Assembly (NCBI GenBank): GCA_902600895.1
Contig: CACKLF010000002.1
Coordinates: forward strand, 11,030-75,029
DNA length: 64,000 bases
DNA from: an uncultured Alphaproteobacteria bacterium
GTDB lineage: Bacteria; Pseudomonadota; Alphaproteobacteria; Rhodobacterales; Rhodobacteraceae
Direction: 5' to 3'
Numbering within the stretch: the stretch's first letter is position 1; each line of letters opens with the position of its first letter. The position numbers and the translations under genes are program-made. Positions 51,155 to 61,088 of this stretch are shown here, piece after piece. The notes under the pieces were generated by a model. It did no database searches and was not told where the DNA came from. It saw nothing but the letters and a program-made list of their open reading frames with translations.

Positions 51155-52345
51155 ATGGTAGAAATCTATAAGAAATCTTTGTTTGATATACCTAAAGATA
51201 TAGTCTATCTGGATGGTAATTCATTAGGCCCAGTTTTGAAGGGAATAGAGGAAGAAAGTCATAGGGTGATAAGTAAAGAATGGGGAAAGAAATTAATAAA
51301 GGGCTGGAATGAATCACGGTGGATGGCTCAACCGGTAAGAGTTGGAAACAAAATTGCTAAAATTTTAAATGCCGAAAAGGACTCAATAGTGTTGGGAGAA
51401 ACGCTTGCAGTGAAACTTTATCAAGCACTATCAGCTGCCATTGATCTACGCAAAGACAGAAGTATAATTCTTACTGACTCGGGAAACTTTCCTTCTGATT
51501 TATATGTCGCTCAGGGCTTGATCGATAATCAAAGTAGAGATTTAAAACTAAAGGTAGTTGATCCTGAAGACATCAAGTCTTCTATAGATGATTCAGTGGC
51601 AGTTGTGATGCTGACTCAAGTAGACTACCGAAATGGAAGGATGCATGACTTAGATAGTATAACAAACCTATGTCATAGCTGTGGAGCTATAATGCTTTGG
51701 GATCTAGCACATAGTGCTGGTGCGGTACCAGTATACCTTACCAAAAGTAGGTGTGAATTTGCTGTGGGCTGTACGTATAAATATCTTAATGGTGGTCCTG
51801 GTTCACCAGGCTTCATTTATGTGAGGCCAGATTTAATTAAAAATTGTTCGACGAGAATACGAGGATGGTTAGGCCATAAGTATCCATTTGATTTTTCAAG
51901 AGAATTTGAGCAAGCTGATACTATTGATGTAATGAGAGTAGGGACGCCTCCGGTAATTCAAATGTCAATTTTGGAAAAAGCATTAGATATTTGGGAAGAT
52001 GTTTCAATGGAAGATTTGAGAGAAAAATGTATTGAGCTTTCGGAAATTTTTATCTCTCAAGTAGAGAAAAGGTGCCCCGATTTAGAACTTGCTAGTCCAA
52101 GGGACCCTTTTCTTAGAGGTTCACAAGTTTCATTTGCGTTCAAAGAAGGTTATGCAGTGATCCAGGCTTTAATTGATCAAGGTATAATAGGTGACTTTAG
52201 GGCTCCTAATATTATGCGGTTTGGAATTACACCACTATACCTATCAGAGAATGATATTTTGACGGCAGTTAAATGTCTTGAAAAAATATTAAAAGAAGGC
52301 CTGTGGAACTCTGAAAGATTTTTAAAACGAAAGCTTGTTACCTAG
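51155..52345 (+). CDS. kynU: Kynureninase
   Basis: 396 aa. N-terminal VYLDGNSLGP, then WDLAHSAG and the PLP-lysine region CTYKYLNGGPG are typical of kynureninase. Confidence 0.85.
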   Translation: MVEIYKKSLFDIPKDIVYLDGNSLGPVLKGIEEESHRVISKEWGKKLIKGWNESRWMAQPVRVGNKIAKILNAEKDSIVLGETLAVKLYQALSAAIDLRKDRSIILTDSGNFPSDLYVAQGLIDNQSRDLKLKVVDPEDIKSSIDDSVAVVMLTQVDYRNGRMHDLDSITNLCHSCGAIMLWDLAHSAGAVPVYLTKSRCEFAVGCTYKYLNGGPGSPGFIYVRPDLIKNCSTRIRGWLGHKYPFDFSREFEQADTIDVMRVGTPPVIQMSILEKALDIWEDVSMEDLREKCIELSEIFISQVEKRCPDLELASPRDPFLRGSQVSFAFKEGYAVIQALIDQGIIGDFRAPNIMRFGITPLYLSENDILTAVKCLEKILKEGLWNSERFLKRKLVT

Positions 52346-53212
52346 TTAGTTTTTATCAGATAAGGCCCAGTCCCAATACATTTCACGTGCCTTTTTTGTT
52401 ATTGGACCAATTTGATAATTTGTCTCATCGAAGGCTGAAACTGGTGTAACTTTCATCATATTACCACTTGCGAATACTTCATCAGCATTATGAAAATCTT
52501 CAAAAGATAATACTTTTTCAATAACTTTATAGCCATTATCACGGAAGTTTTTGATATGTCTGGCTCTAGTGATACCAGCGAGAAAAGTACCGTTTGGGAT
52601 AGGAGTAAAAATCTCACCATTTTTTACCATAAAAATATTTGCTGTTGCGGTCTCAGCTACATTGCCTGCTGAGTCTGATACCAAAGCATTACCAAAACCT
52701 TTTGATCGAGCCTCAGCTAGCATCCTAGCATTATTGGGGTATAAGCACCCTGCTTTTGCGTTTACAACATTGTCAGCAAGAACAGGTCTTCTAAAGCTAG
52801 TCTTGGTAAGGCTCGTAGTAGAATCACTTGGAGCCATTGGAATTTCTTCTAGACAAATCGAAAAAGCTGTAGAGTTTTCTAAAGGGACAATCGCAAGCTC
52901 GCCACCGTCAACAGCCCAATACATTGGGCGGATATAAATGGTTGAAGAGTTTTTATATTTCCTTAAACCTTCCCATACAATATCGACCATTTCTTCAGCT
53001 GATACTGTAGGTGTGATCATCATTGCTTTAGCGGAGTTATTTACTCTATTGCAGTGTTCCCATAAGTCTGGAGCTACACCATCAAAATACCTTGCCCCAT
53101 CAAATACACTGGTTCCAAGCCATGCTCCATGGTCAGCTGCTCTAATTGTGGCAGTGTTTTCATCTTTCCACTCACCGTTAAAGTAAGTTTTTATGTTTGT
53201 ACCAGAAGCCAT
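52346..53212 (-). CDS. ilvE: Branched-chain amino acid aminotransferase (fold type IV)
   Basis: 288 aa. N-terminal YFNGEW..A....ADHG..LGTSVFDG pattern and a C-terminal class IV aminotransferase core. Its stop abuts the kynU stop (TAGTTA). Confidence 0.8.
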   Translation of the reverse strand: MASGTNIKTYFNGEWKDENTATIRAADHGAWLGTSVFDGARYFDGVAPDLWEHCNRVNNSAKAMMITPTVSAEEMVDIVWEGLRKYKNSSTIYIRPMYWAVDGGELAIVPLENSTAFSICLEEIPMAPSDSTTSLTKTSFRRPVLADNVVNAKAGCLYPNNARMLAEARSKGFGNALVSDSAGNVAETATANIFMVKNGEIFTPIPNGTFLAGITRARHIKNFRDNGYKVIEKVLSFEDFHNADEVFASGNMMKVTPVSAFDETNYQIGPITKKAREMYWDWALSDKN

Positions 53213-53308
53213 AGCGAATCCCTCGAGTCTTATTACTATTAATTTAAAGTATAGTTAAAAAACAGATTAAAAAGAAATTTTTACAAAAAAAATATTATTA
53301 GTGTTTAT

Positions 53309-54421
53309 TCAATCCTCAAAAACTCTGTAGTGTGATTTATCTAACCATTTTTTATTAAATTGAACACCCCAACCTGGGCTATCAGGAACAGTGCATTCCC
53401 CATCTGAAACCTTAAAAGGGTCATTATCAAACAGATCTATTTGCCAAGGATAGTAATCCTCACCTTCAATGGATAGCTCAAGATATTTACCAGCATTAGG
53501 AATAGCTTTTAAAAAGTGCATTGTGCAAATAGTCACCAAAGATAAATTGGCTGCATGAGGCGTACAAGGCATATTTGAGTCATTAGCCATTTTTGCAACT
53601 TTGAGACAGCGAGTTAGCCCTCCCATATACATTATATCAGGTTGAAAAATATCTGTAATTTTACGATTTATTAGATCTTGCCATATACGCAAATCACAAT
53701 CTTGCTCTCCTCCTGTAACATCTATTGGAATAGAATCTGTCACTTTTTTTGTTTCTTCAGGTAGCCAATATGGGCATGGCTCTTCAAAATGACAAATATC
53801 ATTATCTATCAATTTCTTCCCAATTTCGATAGCATCAGCATGTAGATAGCAACTATTTGCATCCACAAGTTTTTCAACACCAGTTCCCAATGCCTTTGGA
53901 ACAGCCTTAATAATTTCTTCTGTTCTTCCTTCCCATTCATCTTTGCCATTCCCACATTCAGAACCAATGCGAAATTTGAACGCGGTAAAGCCAAATTTGT
54001 CTCGTAAATTGCATAGACGCCGTGCCTCTTCCTGAGGAGTAATATCCCGTTTCATAGATGAGCCATAAGCTCTAATCTTTCCTGGGTTGCCTCCTATTAA
54101 GGTGACAACAGGTAACCCTTTTATTTTTCCAAGCCAATCCCACAGTGCCGTATCTAATCCTGCGAGTGCTCTCAGAAGGTAAGAGCCTGGGAATTTGTGC
54201 TCTTTTCGAAGTATTAATTCCTCTAACTCATCAAAAGAGCCAAAAGAAACCCCTATGGCATGTGGTGCTATTTGACGGTGGAAAATATCACACGTTATGT
54301 CTGAACAGTATGTTGACATCTGGCCCCATCCAGTGCTGTCGTCAAACATAGTTAACTTGACAGCACTTACGTAGGTATTAGTAAAAGTTTCTAATTTTTT
54401 TATTTTAAATCTAATTTTCAT
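53309..54421 (-). CDS. Enolase-superfamily enzyme (mandelate racemase / muconate lactonizing family, acid-sugar dehydratase-like)
   Basis: 370 aa. Metal-ligand pattern VDANSCY ... FEEP ... GGEQD on a TIM barrel, with an N-terminal capping domain. Substrate unknown. Confidence 0.75.
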   Translation of the reverse strand: MKIRFKIKKLETFTNTYVSAVKLTMFDDSTGWGQMSTYCSDITCDIFHRQIAPHAIGVSFGSFDELEELILRKEHKFPGSYLLRALAGLDTALWDWLGKIKGLPVVTLIGGNPGKIRAYGSSMKRDITPQEEARRLCNLRDKFGFTAFKFRIGSECGNGKDEWEGRTEEIIKAVPKALGTGVEKLVDANSCYLHADAIEIGKKLIDNDICHFEEPCPYWLPEETKKVTDSIPIDVTGGEQDCDLRIWQDLINRKITDIFQPDIMYMGGLTRCLKVAKMANDSNMPCTPHAANLSLVTICTMHFLKAIPNAGKYLELSIEGEDYYPWQIDLFDNDPFKVSDGECTVPDSPGWGVQFNKKWLDKSHYRVFED

Positions 54422-55212
54422 GTAATTTCCTTTGGAGGTCTATACTTTCCCCATGCAATGAAACCATTGTTTCTAAATTCTTTTTTTCCATATTTAAATT
54501 CTCTATTGTCAAAAGGATTTGTAACGATTCCACCAGATGCTCTTAAAATGGCGTCACCAGCTGCAGTATCCCATTCCATTGTTGGTGCAAACCTTGGATA
54601 TACATCGGCTTCACCCGTGGCTAAAAGGCAAAACTTTAGGGAAGAGCCAATAGAGATTGTTCTCTCAATCTTATTTGCTTTCAACCATTTATTGGTTTCC
54701 TCATCTCTGTGAGATGCACTTGCCACTGCGATTATGTTAATTTTTTTTCTTTCAGAGATAGTAATTGCTGTAAATTGGGTACCACTTTTCTCTATTGACC
54801 CATGGCCGACTATGCCAGAGAAGGATCTTTTCAAAGCTGGCGCGTGAACCATACCAAACACTGGAACTTCATTTTCAATCAAGGCAATATTAACTGTGAA
54901 AGCTCCTTTACCATCTTTTTTTAAAAACTCCTTAGTTCCGTCTAAAGGATCCACAAGAAAGAAAGGTCCCTCAACGTTAAGTTTATGACTATTAGAATTT
55001 TCCTCTGAGATTATAGGAATGTCCGGACAAATACTTTTAATAGCTTGGACTATTATTTTTTCAGCTTGGGTATCAGCTTCAGTAACTGGTGAGCCGTCAG
55101 ACTTTTCATTAACAATGTGGTCTCTTTCATATACATCCATGATAATTTTTCCTGCTTTTTTCATTACAGGTTCCAATTCAACCCTAAGATTTTTTAAGAA
55201 AGAAAAATCCAC
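54418..55212 (-). CDS. cysQ: 3'(2'),5'-bisphosphate nucleotidase
   Basis: 264 aa. FLVDPLDGTKEF, GSSLKFCLLATGEADVYPRF and TMEWDTAAGDAIL are CysQ-type inositol-monophosphatase-fold signatures. ATGA overlap with the downstream gene. Confidence 0.85.
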   Translation of the reverse strand: MDFSFLKNLRVELEPVMKKAGKIIMDVYERDHIVNEKSDGSPVTEADTQAEKIIVQAIKSICPDIPIISEENSNSHKLNVEGPFFLVDPLDGTKEFLKKDGKGAFTVNIALIENEVPVFGMVHAPALKRSFSGIVGHGSIEKSGTQFTAITISERKKINIIAVASASHRDEETNKWLKANKIERTISIGSSLKFCLLATGEADVYPRFAPTMEWDTAAGDAILRASGGIVTNPFDNREFKYGKKEFRNNGFIAWGKYRPPKEIT

Positions 55213-55233
55213 AATTTATTCCTTCCCATCCTA

Positions 55234-57033
55234 TTAAACAAAAAGATCAACGTGTTTAAAATTATTTACATCTATAATTCCTAGGTTTGAAATTCTTATC
55301 TCTGGAATTACAGCAAGAGCTAAAAGTGAGTGCTGCATAATCGCATTATTTAAATGGCATCCACAGGCTTTCATTGCCATTACAATCGAATTAGCTTTTT
55401 CTGCCACAGTTTCAGCAACCTTATCCGACATTAAACCCGCGATAGGTAGCTCAAGAATTGCTAAAGTTTCACCTTTAGAAATAACTATAAGACCTCCACC
55501 AATGTCTGAAAGATTATTTGCTGCTAATGCCATATCTTTTTTATCAGTTCCAACCACAAGCATGTGGTGACTGTCATGGGCGATTGTTGATGCAACTGCG
55601 CAATCAATATTGTAACCAAACCCGGAAACGAAACCATTTACAATATCGCCAGTAAAATTATGACGTTCAATCAGAGAAATCTGACAGATATCTTGGCTTC
55701 TATCCATTTGAACGATTTTATTTTTCACTTTAAGTTTGGATATCAATAATTTAGTAGGCGCTTGGTTTTCAACAATTCCAATGGTACGTACTTTCACCAA
55801 GTTACTATTTTCTTTAGTTGGCATATTCACATTGAAATCAGTAGACCGAACTTCGTTTTTTACCTTAACCGTATTTCTTGCAAATTTTGGATAAGAAAAA
55901 TGCTTTAAAGTTGACTCTAATTTGCCATTTGCTGCAATAACTTTGCCATGAGCAAACACTGTTTCAATTGGTAATTGACTAAGATCAGACGTAATGATCA
56001 TGTCAGCCCGACGTCCCGGTGCAATGGAACCTAATTCATACTCCATGTTGAAATGTTGAGCGGTATTTATTGTGGCCATTTGAATTGCTGTAATAGGTTT
56101 GAGGCCCTGAGATATAGCGTGTCGGACTACGCGGTTCATATGGCCTTCTTCAATTAATGTTCCCGAATGGGAGTCATCTGTACATAAGATAAAATTTCTT
56201 GGATCTAATCCGTCTTCAGTTATCGCCTTTATTTGTGATGCAACATCGTACCAGGCTGAACCAAGCCTTAACATTGATTTCATTCCTTGGCGTACCCTGG
56301 CTATCGCATCTTCTTTCCTTGTACCTTCATGATCATCCTGCGGACCTCCAGCTACATAACCATGAAACATTAGCCCAAGGTCTGGAGAGGCATAATGTCC
56401 ACCAATTGTCTTTTTTGCCTCCCAGGTTGCCGAGATCGCATTCACCATTTTCTTATCATTATAAGCTACGCCTGGAAAATTCATAACTTCTCCTAACCCA
56501 CACACATTTTGCCAAGTTAGGGCTTCCGAGATCTCATCTGCTTCTAGAGACGCCCCAGCAGTTTCTAATCCTGGCGCTGACGGTACACAACTAGGAATTT
56601 GCAGGAATACATTGATTGGTAAGCCTAGTGTCTCATCATGCATTAGCCTGATTCCCTCTATACCCAATACATTTGCTATTTCGTGAGGGTCTACAAACAT
56701 TGTTGTAGTTCCATGTGGCATTACAGCTCTAGAAAATTCTGTAACCGTGACCATACCACTCTCTATATGCATATGACCATCACAAAACCCAGGAACTAAA
56801 AATTTTCCTTTAGCGTTTATTGTTTGAGTATCTTTTCCTATCGTGTGTTTAGCGCTGTTTCCAATGTATGCAAATCGGCCAGATTTAATGGCAATATCAG
56901 TATTTGGTATTAACTCTCCAGAATAAACGTTAACCCACGTTCCCTGAGATACAACTGTATCTGCAAATTTTCTTCCCATTGCTACGTCTACAAGGTCTAC
57001 TCTAGAGTTTTTCAAATTTTTTATTTTTGACAT
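55234..57033 (-). CDS. ade: Adenine deaminase
   Basis: 599 aa. The amidohydrolase metal motif PGFCDGHMHIESG and overall length are typical of Ade. Confidence 0.85.
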   Translation of the reverse strand: MSKIKNLKNSRVDLVDVAMGRKFADTVVSQGTWVNVYSGELIPNTDIAIKSGRFAYIGNSAKHTIGKDTQTINAKGKFLVPGFCDGHMHIESGMVTVTEFSRAVMPHGTTTMFVDPHEIANVLGIEGIRLMHDETLGLPINVFLQIPSCVPSAPGLETAGASLEADEISEALTWQNVCGLGEVMNFPGVAYNDKKMVNAISATWEAKKTIGGHYASPDLGLMFHGYVAGGPQDDHEGTRKEDAIARVRQGMKSMLRLGSAWYDVASQIKAITEDGLDPRNFILCTDDSHSGTLIEEGHMNRVVRHAISQGLKPITAIQMATINTAQHFNMEYELGSIAPGRRADMIITSDLSQLPIETVFAHGKVIAANGKLESTLKHFSYPKFARNTVKVKNEVRSTDFNVNMPTKENSNLVKVRTIGIVENQAPTKLLISKLKVKNKIVQMDRSQDICQISLIERHNFTGDIVNGFVSGFGYNIDCAVASTIAHDSHHMLVVGTDKKDMALAANNLSDIGGGLIVISKGETLAILELPIAGLMSDKVAETVAEKANSIVMAMKACGCHLNNAIMQHSLLALAVIPEIRISNLGIIDVNNFKHVDLFV

Positions 57034-57172
57034 TAAATGTCTCCAAGTTGCTAAAGGAGCTGATTTTATTAGAAATATCTTCCTATTTTCTCCTATTGCT
57101 ATTACGGTTTCAAGACATAGAGGCTTAAAATTACGATTTTTCTAAATTATATGTATCCGAAAAAATTAGGAG

Positions 57173-58051
57173 ATGACTATAGGTAATTTTTCAAATCAAT
57201 TGAAAATACCTCTCTTGGTGGCTGTATTGCTAATACTAGCTTCTGGGATAATTGTAACCATTATGCAAGCGGGAGTTCGCTTTTTATCGTCAGATGTTCA
57301 TCCATTCACAATTGTTTTTTTTAGGGCCTTTTTAGGTGTTTTAATATTATTACCTTTAGCAGGAAGATTTGGACTAGAAGTATTTAAGACTACATCTCCA
57401 AAATTACAGATACTTAGGGGAATAATAGGATCATGTGGTCTGCTCTGTTTTTTTTATGGTTTAAGTTTGGTAACCCTTGCCGAAGCAGTAACGTTGGGCT
57501 TCACTGTTCCAATATTTGCTACTTTATTGGCAATTGTTTTTTTTAAAGAACAGGTGGGAAAATGGCGGTGGTTCGCCATCTTTACAGGCATGCTTGGCGT
57601 ATGTGTCATTGTGAGGCCTGATTTAGAAATTGGTCTTGGGCCTATTTTAGTATTGATCGCATCTTTCTCCTGGGCAATATCGGTATTAATAGCTAAAAGA
57701 CTCACTCAAGGGGACTCTGATATATCCATTGCGTTCTGGCAAACTGTTGGAAATGTCCCGTTAGCTTTTGTTATGAGCCTGTATGTCTGGGAAACGCCGA
57801 ATCAAATTCAGTTTTTTATTTTGGTTGCAATAGCAGTTTTGGGGACCATGGCTCAAATGAGTTTGAACGCAGCATTAAGGCGTGGAGATGTGTCTTTTCT
57901 GCTACCATTTGATTACTTAAGACTTTTGTGGTCTGTACTGATAGGCTATTTTTTTTTCAAAGAATTTCCTGATTATGGATTATTTATTGGAGGATTTTTC
58001 ATAGTTTTTGCAACAAGCCTAATGACGTTTCGTGAAGCAAAACGATCTTGA
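57173..58051 (+). CDS. DMT-superfamily (EamA) transporter
   Basis: 292 aa, 10 TM helices in two EamA repeats. Confidence 0.75.
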   Translation: MTIGNFSNQLKIPLLVAVLLILASGIIVTIMQAGVRFLSSDVHPFTIVFFRAFLGVLILLPLAGRFGLEVFKTTSPKLQILRGIIGSCGLLCFFYGLSLVTLAEAVTLGFTVPIFATLLAIVFFKEQVGKWRWFAIFTGMLGVCVIVRPDLEIGLGPILVLIASFSWAISVLIAKRLTQGDSDISIAFWQTVGNVPLAFVMSLYVWETPNQIQFFILVAIAVLGTMAQMSLNAALRRGDVSFLLPFDYLRLLWSVLIGYFFFKEFPDYGLFIGGFFIVFATSLMTFREAKRS

Positions 58052-58126
58052 TAGTAGTAAATAGCTAGGGGGCCTATTTGTATTCCTACAGTAAGTAGGA
58101 ACCTATAAAAATTATAGAAAACGTAA

Positions 58127-58831
58127 TTAATTGAATGCTGTCTCTAGAGCAATCTCCACCATCTCACCAAAGCTACTTTCCCGATCACTTGAAGGAAGCG
58201 CCTCCCCACTAATTAAGTGGTCACTTATAGTTAAAATTGATAATGCTCTACATTTATATCTTACTGCAAGATTATATAATTCTGCTGTTTCCATCTCTAC
58301 TGCTAGAATGCCGTGCCTAGTCATAATTTCGTTTAGATCAGCTCTTTCATCGTAGAATGTATCTGAAGAGTAAATGCCGCCAATATGTACGGTGGAGCTA
58401 AACTTTGTTGAAACCTCATGAGCTTTTTTTAACAGTTCAAAGTCTGCTGGTGGTGCGAAATTTACCTCTTTAAATATAGTAGATGATGGTGTGGATATAC
58501 TTGTAGCAGTCATTGCAAGTACAATATCTCTTATTTTAACGCTTTCTTGCATTCCTCCAGCTGAACCAATTCTAATTAAGGTTTTAACGTTAAATGTATT
58601 GATAAGTTCATTGACGTAGATTGAGAGAGATGGCATCCCCATTCCAGACCCTTGAAATGTGACCTTATTTTTTTTCCACCATCCCGTATATCCTAGCATT
58701 CCTCTAACAGTGTTTACTTCCTTTACATTTTCTAAAAAGCTACTTGCGGCCCATTTTGCTCTAAGTGGGTCTCCAGGCATGAAAACTGTGTCAGCAATCT
58801 CACCTTCCACTGCACCTATGTGAACTGTCAT
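58127..58831 (-). CDS. deoD: Purine nucleoside phosphorylase, DeoD type
   Basis: [32 protein letters not shown] and EMETAELY match hexameric PNP. The ATG at 58831 (MTVHIGA..) is preferred over the TTG at 58870. Confidence 0.85.
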   Translation of the reverse strand: MTVHIGAVEGEIADTVFMPGDPLRAKWAASSFLENVKEVNTVRGMLGYTGWWKKNKVTFQGSGMGMPSLSIYVNELINTFNVKTLIRIGSAGGMQESVKIRDIVLAMTATSISTPSSTIFKEVNFAPPADFELLKKAHEVSTKFSSTVHIGGIYSSDTFYDERADLNEIMTRHGILAVEMETAELYNLAVRYKCRALSILTISDHLISGEALPSSDRESSFGEMVEIALETAFN

Positions 58832-59016
58832 TTCATTGGTATCCTTATAAAGTTCTGTTGATTGCGACAATAAATCTTTAGCTTTAAATTATAACCCTAG
58901 CTAAGCAGGCTAAGCCATGGTTAAAATTTTTTCTATAGAAAAGTATACACTAGGTTTCGGTTACGATTGAATTGTTAAGGAATACGAGAATATGGTCAGG
59001 GGTGGTACCATTTTAT

Positions 59017-59331
59017 TTATGTTTCGCTCATTATTTCATCTTTAGCCTGTATAAAAAAAGTATCCATCTTATTTCTCACTTCCGATTCAGTCGATACTTC
59101 CTTTAGATCAGCGGAAAGTTTTCTAAAGACATCTCCATCACCAGCCTCTTGAAAATCAGCTTTGATAACGTCCTTAATGTAATCTTTAGTTTCGTTCTCA
59201 TTTTTTTCTAAAAGTTCACTTGCCCAAAGAGCGAGCAGTTTATTTCTTCGAGCTTCAACTTTAAATTTAATTTCTGAGTCATAGGCGAATTTATCTTCAA
59301 AGGCTTTTTTTCTTTCATCAAAGCTAGACAT
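59017..59331 (-). CDS. F1-ATPase inhibitor zeta subunit (DUF1476)
   Basis: MSSFDERKKAFEDKFAYDSEIKFKVEARRNKLLALWA ... GDGDVFRKLSADL closely parallels the Paracoccus zeta subunit as I recall it (TFDDRERAHEAKFAHDAELNFKAEARRNRLLGEWA ... DEDVFRKLAADL). The start is moved to ATG 59331. Confidence 0.8.
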   Translation of the reverse strand: MSSFDERKKAFEDKFAYDSEIKFKVEARRNKLLALWASELLEKNENETKDYIKDVIKADFQEAGDGDVFRKLSADLKEVSTESEVRNKMDTFFIQAKDEIMSET

Positions 59332-59430
59332 TGATACTACTCCTTTCATAAAATATTTAGATAAGTTGTATTTCGATTTTTTTTTGCAAATATAAGACAG
59401 CGATTAGTTTAAGTTTTGTACCCCCTACAT

Positions 59431-60093
59431 TTATTTGTAAAGTCCGTCCCATTCAAGTGTATCCTTTACTTTTCCTTCTTCATCCAACTCAGGTCTGTTT
59501 TTAGAAAAGATATTTTCAGAATTTATTATTCCATAATCCATATAACCTAGCCTGCCTAGAGGTTTAGCTTTGCGAATGTCGAAAAGACCATCCGTGATAA
59601 AGTCATCATCAATGTAGATACCGATGACATGACCTATAGCAATATAGCTGCCAGTATTGTCCTTTCGGTTACTATGGGGTAAATCAATTACTTTCCACAA
59701 CTCGCATTCTAAGACTGCTGGACTATCAGCAACACATGGTGCGTCTACATACTTTGCGTTTCTAACTTTTAAGCCTGAAAGCTTAAACTCATCAATTTTT
59801 GTGTCAGCTGTTACTGATGAAATATTCATTTGTTCAAAGAGCTTGTGGGTGGCAAGCGAGGCGGTGAACACGCCGGTTTCCTCTATATTCTTAAGAGAAT
59901 CTTTAATACCAACAGATGAGAACATCACATAATGTGGCTTATCAGACACTCCATTAAAATAACTGTATGGTGCCAAATTTCGCACACCATTAAGATTTTG
60001 AGATCCAATCCAGCCGATTGGTCTAGGCGCTACTATTGCTTTGTAAGGATCATGGGGTAGGCCATGATTATTTTTCCTTGCGTCGTAATGCAT
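59431..60093 (-). CDS. Flavin reductase-like FMN-binding split-barrel protein
   Basis: 220 aa. The VAPRPIGWIGS and NLAPYSYFN motifs are typical of flavin reductase domain proteins. Confidence 0.75.
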   Translation of the reverse strand: MHYDARKNNHGLPHDPYKAIVAPRPIGWIGSQNLNGVRNLAPYSYFNGVSDKPHYVMFSSVGIKDSLKNIEETGVFTASLATHKLFEQMNISSVTADTKIDEFKLSGLKVRNAKYVDAPCVADSPAVLECELWKVIDLPHSNRKDNTGSYIAIGHVIGIYIDDDFITDGLFDIRKAKPLGRLGYMDYGIINSENIFSKNRPELDEEGKVKDTLEWDGLYK

Positions 60094-60235
60094 AGTTTCC
60101 CTTGGTTAAATGTTTATATTGAGTAAAAACATGCTATTCTGCTGGCTTTACTCTATTTTAAGGAGTACTACCTTCAAATGCTGAAGTTATACAGTTTTAT
60201 TTCACTTTATCAACATTCACTTGAGGATTTTTAAT

Positions 60236-61075
60236 ATGACGCAGACCGCACTAATGGCTGGTGCTTATTTACACCACATCTGTTTTGAAAGTCCAAATCC
60301 TGAACGACTTAGCACTTTTTATGGAAAAATATTAGAAATGAAGCCTAAGCCATTAGGAGATAGCAGATGGTTATGTTCAGGGGAAAAGAGGCAAATTTTA
60401 ATTAAAAAAGGAAAAAAAAATAAACTGGCTTTTGCAGCGTTTGCTTGTCGGGATAAAGAGGGCTTAAATATGCTAAAAAAGCGAATAAACCAAGAAGGGA
60501 TAAAAGTGACTTCGCTAAAATCAAATTTATTTAAGAGTGACAGCATTTCAATAATTGACCAAGATGGGCACAACATATTTTTTGGGTTGGCAAAGTCTCA
60601 GTCAAAAGTCTCTAGTAAGATTAATGGACCATTGCAGCACCTGACATTTGCAACACTTGATGTAGAAAAATTTGTTAATTTTTATGTTGGAAAACTAGGA
60701 TTTTGTATATCTGATAGAGTTATTCATCCTGGCGGAAAATTAGCGACTTGTTTTGTTAGGTCTAACCATCAACACCATACTGTAGCATGTTTTAAATCTG
60801 ACAGAGTAGGGGTTGATCATCACTCATATGAAGCCGGGGAATGGAACACTATTAGAGATTGGTGTGATCATTTTGCGTCAAATAATATTGAGTTGATGTG
60901 GGGTCCAGGAAGACATGGTCCTGGCAATAACCTTTTTGTATTCATTGAAGATCCAGATGGGAATTGGATTGAAATTTCTGCTGAGTTGGAAATTATACAA
61001 GATAGATTGATAAAGGATTGGCCTCAAGAAGAAAAAACCCTAAACTTATGGGGTAAAGCTATTTTAAGATCTTAG
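60236..61075 (+). CDS. Two-domain VOC-superfamily extradiol ring-cleavage dioxygenase
   Basis: About 279 aa from ATG 60236. Two glyoxalase/bleomycin-resistance modules with His/Glu ligand candidates (LQHLTF.., HHSYE, GNWIEISAE). Confidence 0.7.
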   Translation: MTQTALMAGAYLHHICFESPNPERLSTFYGKILEMKPKPLGDSRWLCSGEKRQILIKKGKKNKLAFAAFACRDKEGLNMLKKRINQEGIKVTSLKSNLFKSDSISIIDQDGHNIFFGLAKSQSKVSSKINGPLQHLTFATLDVEKFVNFYVGKLGFCISDRVIHPGGKLATCFVRSNHQHHTVACFKSDRVGVDHHSYEAGEWNTIRDWCDHFASNNIELMWGPGRHGPGNNLFVFIEDPDGNWIEISAELEIIQDRLIKDWPQEEKTLNLWGKAILRS

Positions 61076-61088
61076 AAAGGAAAAAATT

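Noticed and set aside
50336-52345. The hydrolase and kynureninase ORFs are in the same frame with only 3 nt between them. Possible fusion or read-through?
   Set aside because: The separating stop is TAA, not TGA. The kynureninase N-terminus (MVEIYKKSLFDIPKDIVYLDGNSLGP) is a normal start. This is ordinary operon packing.
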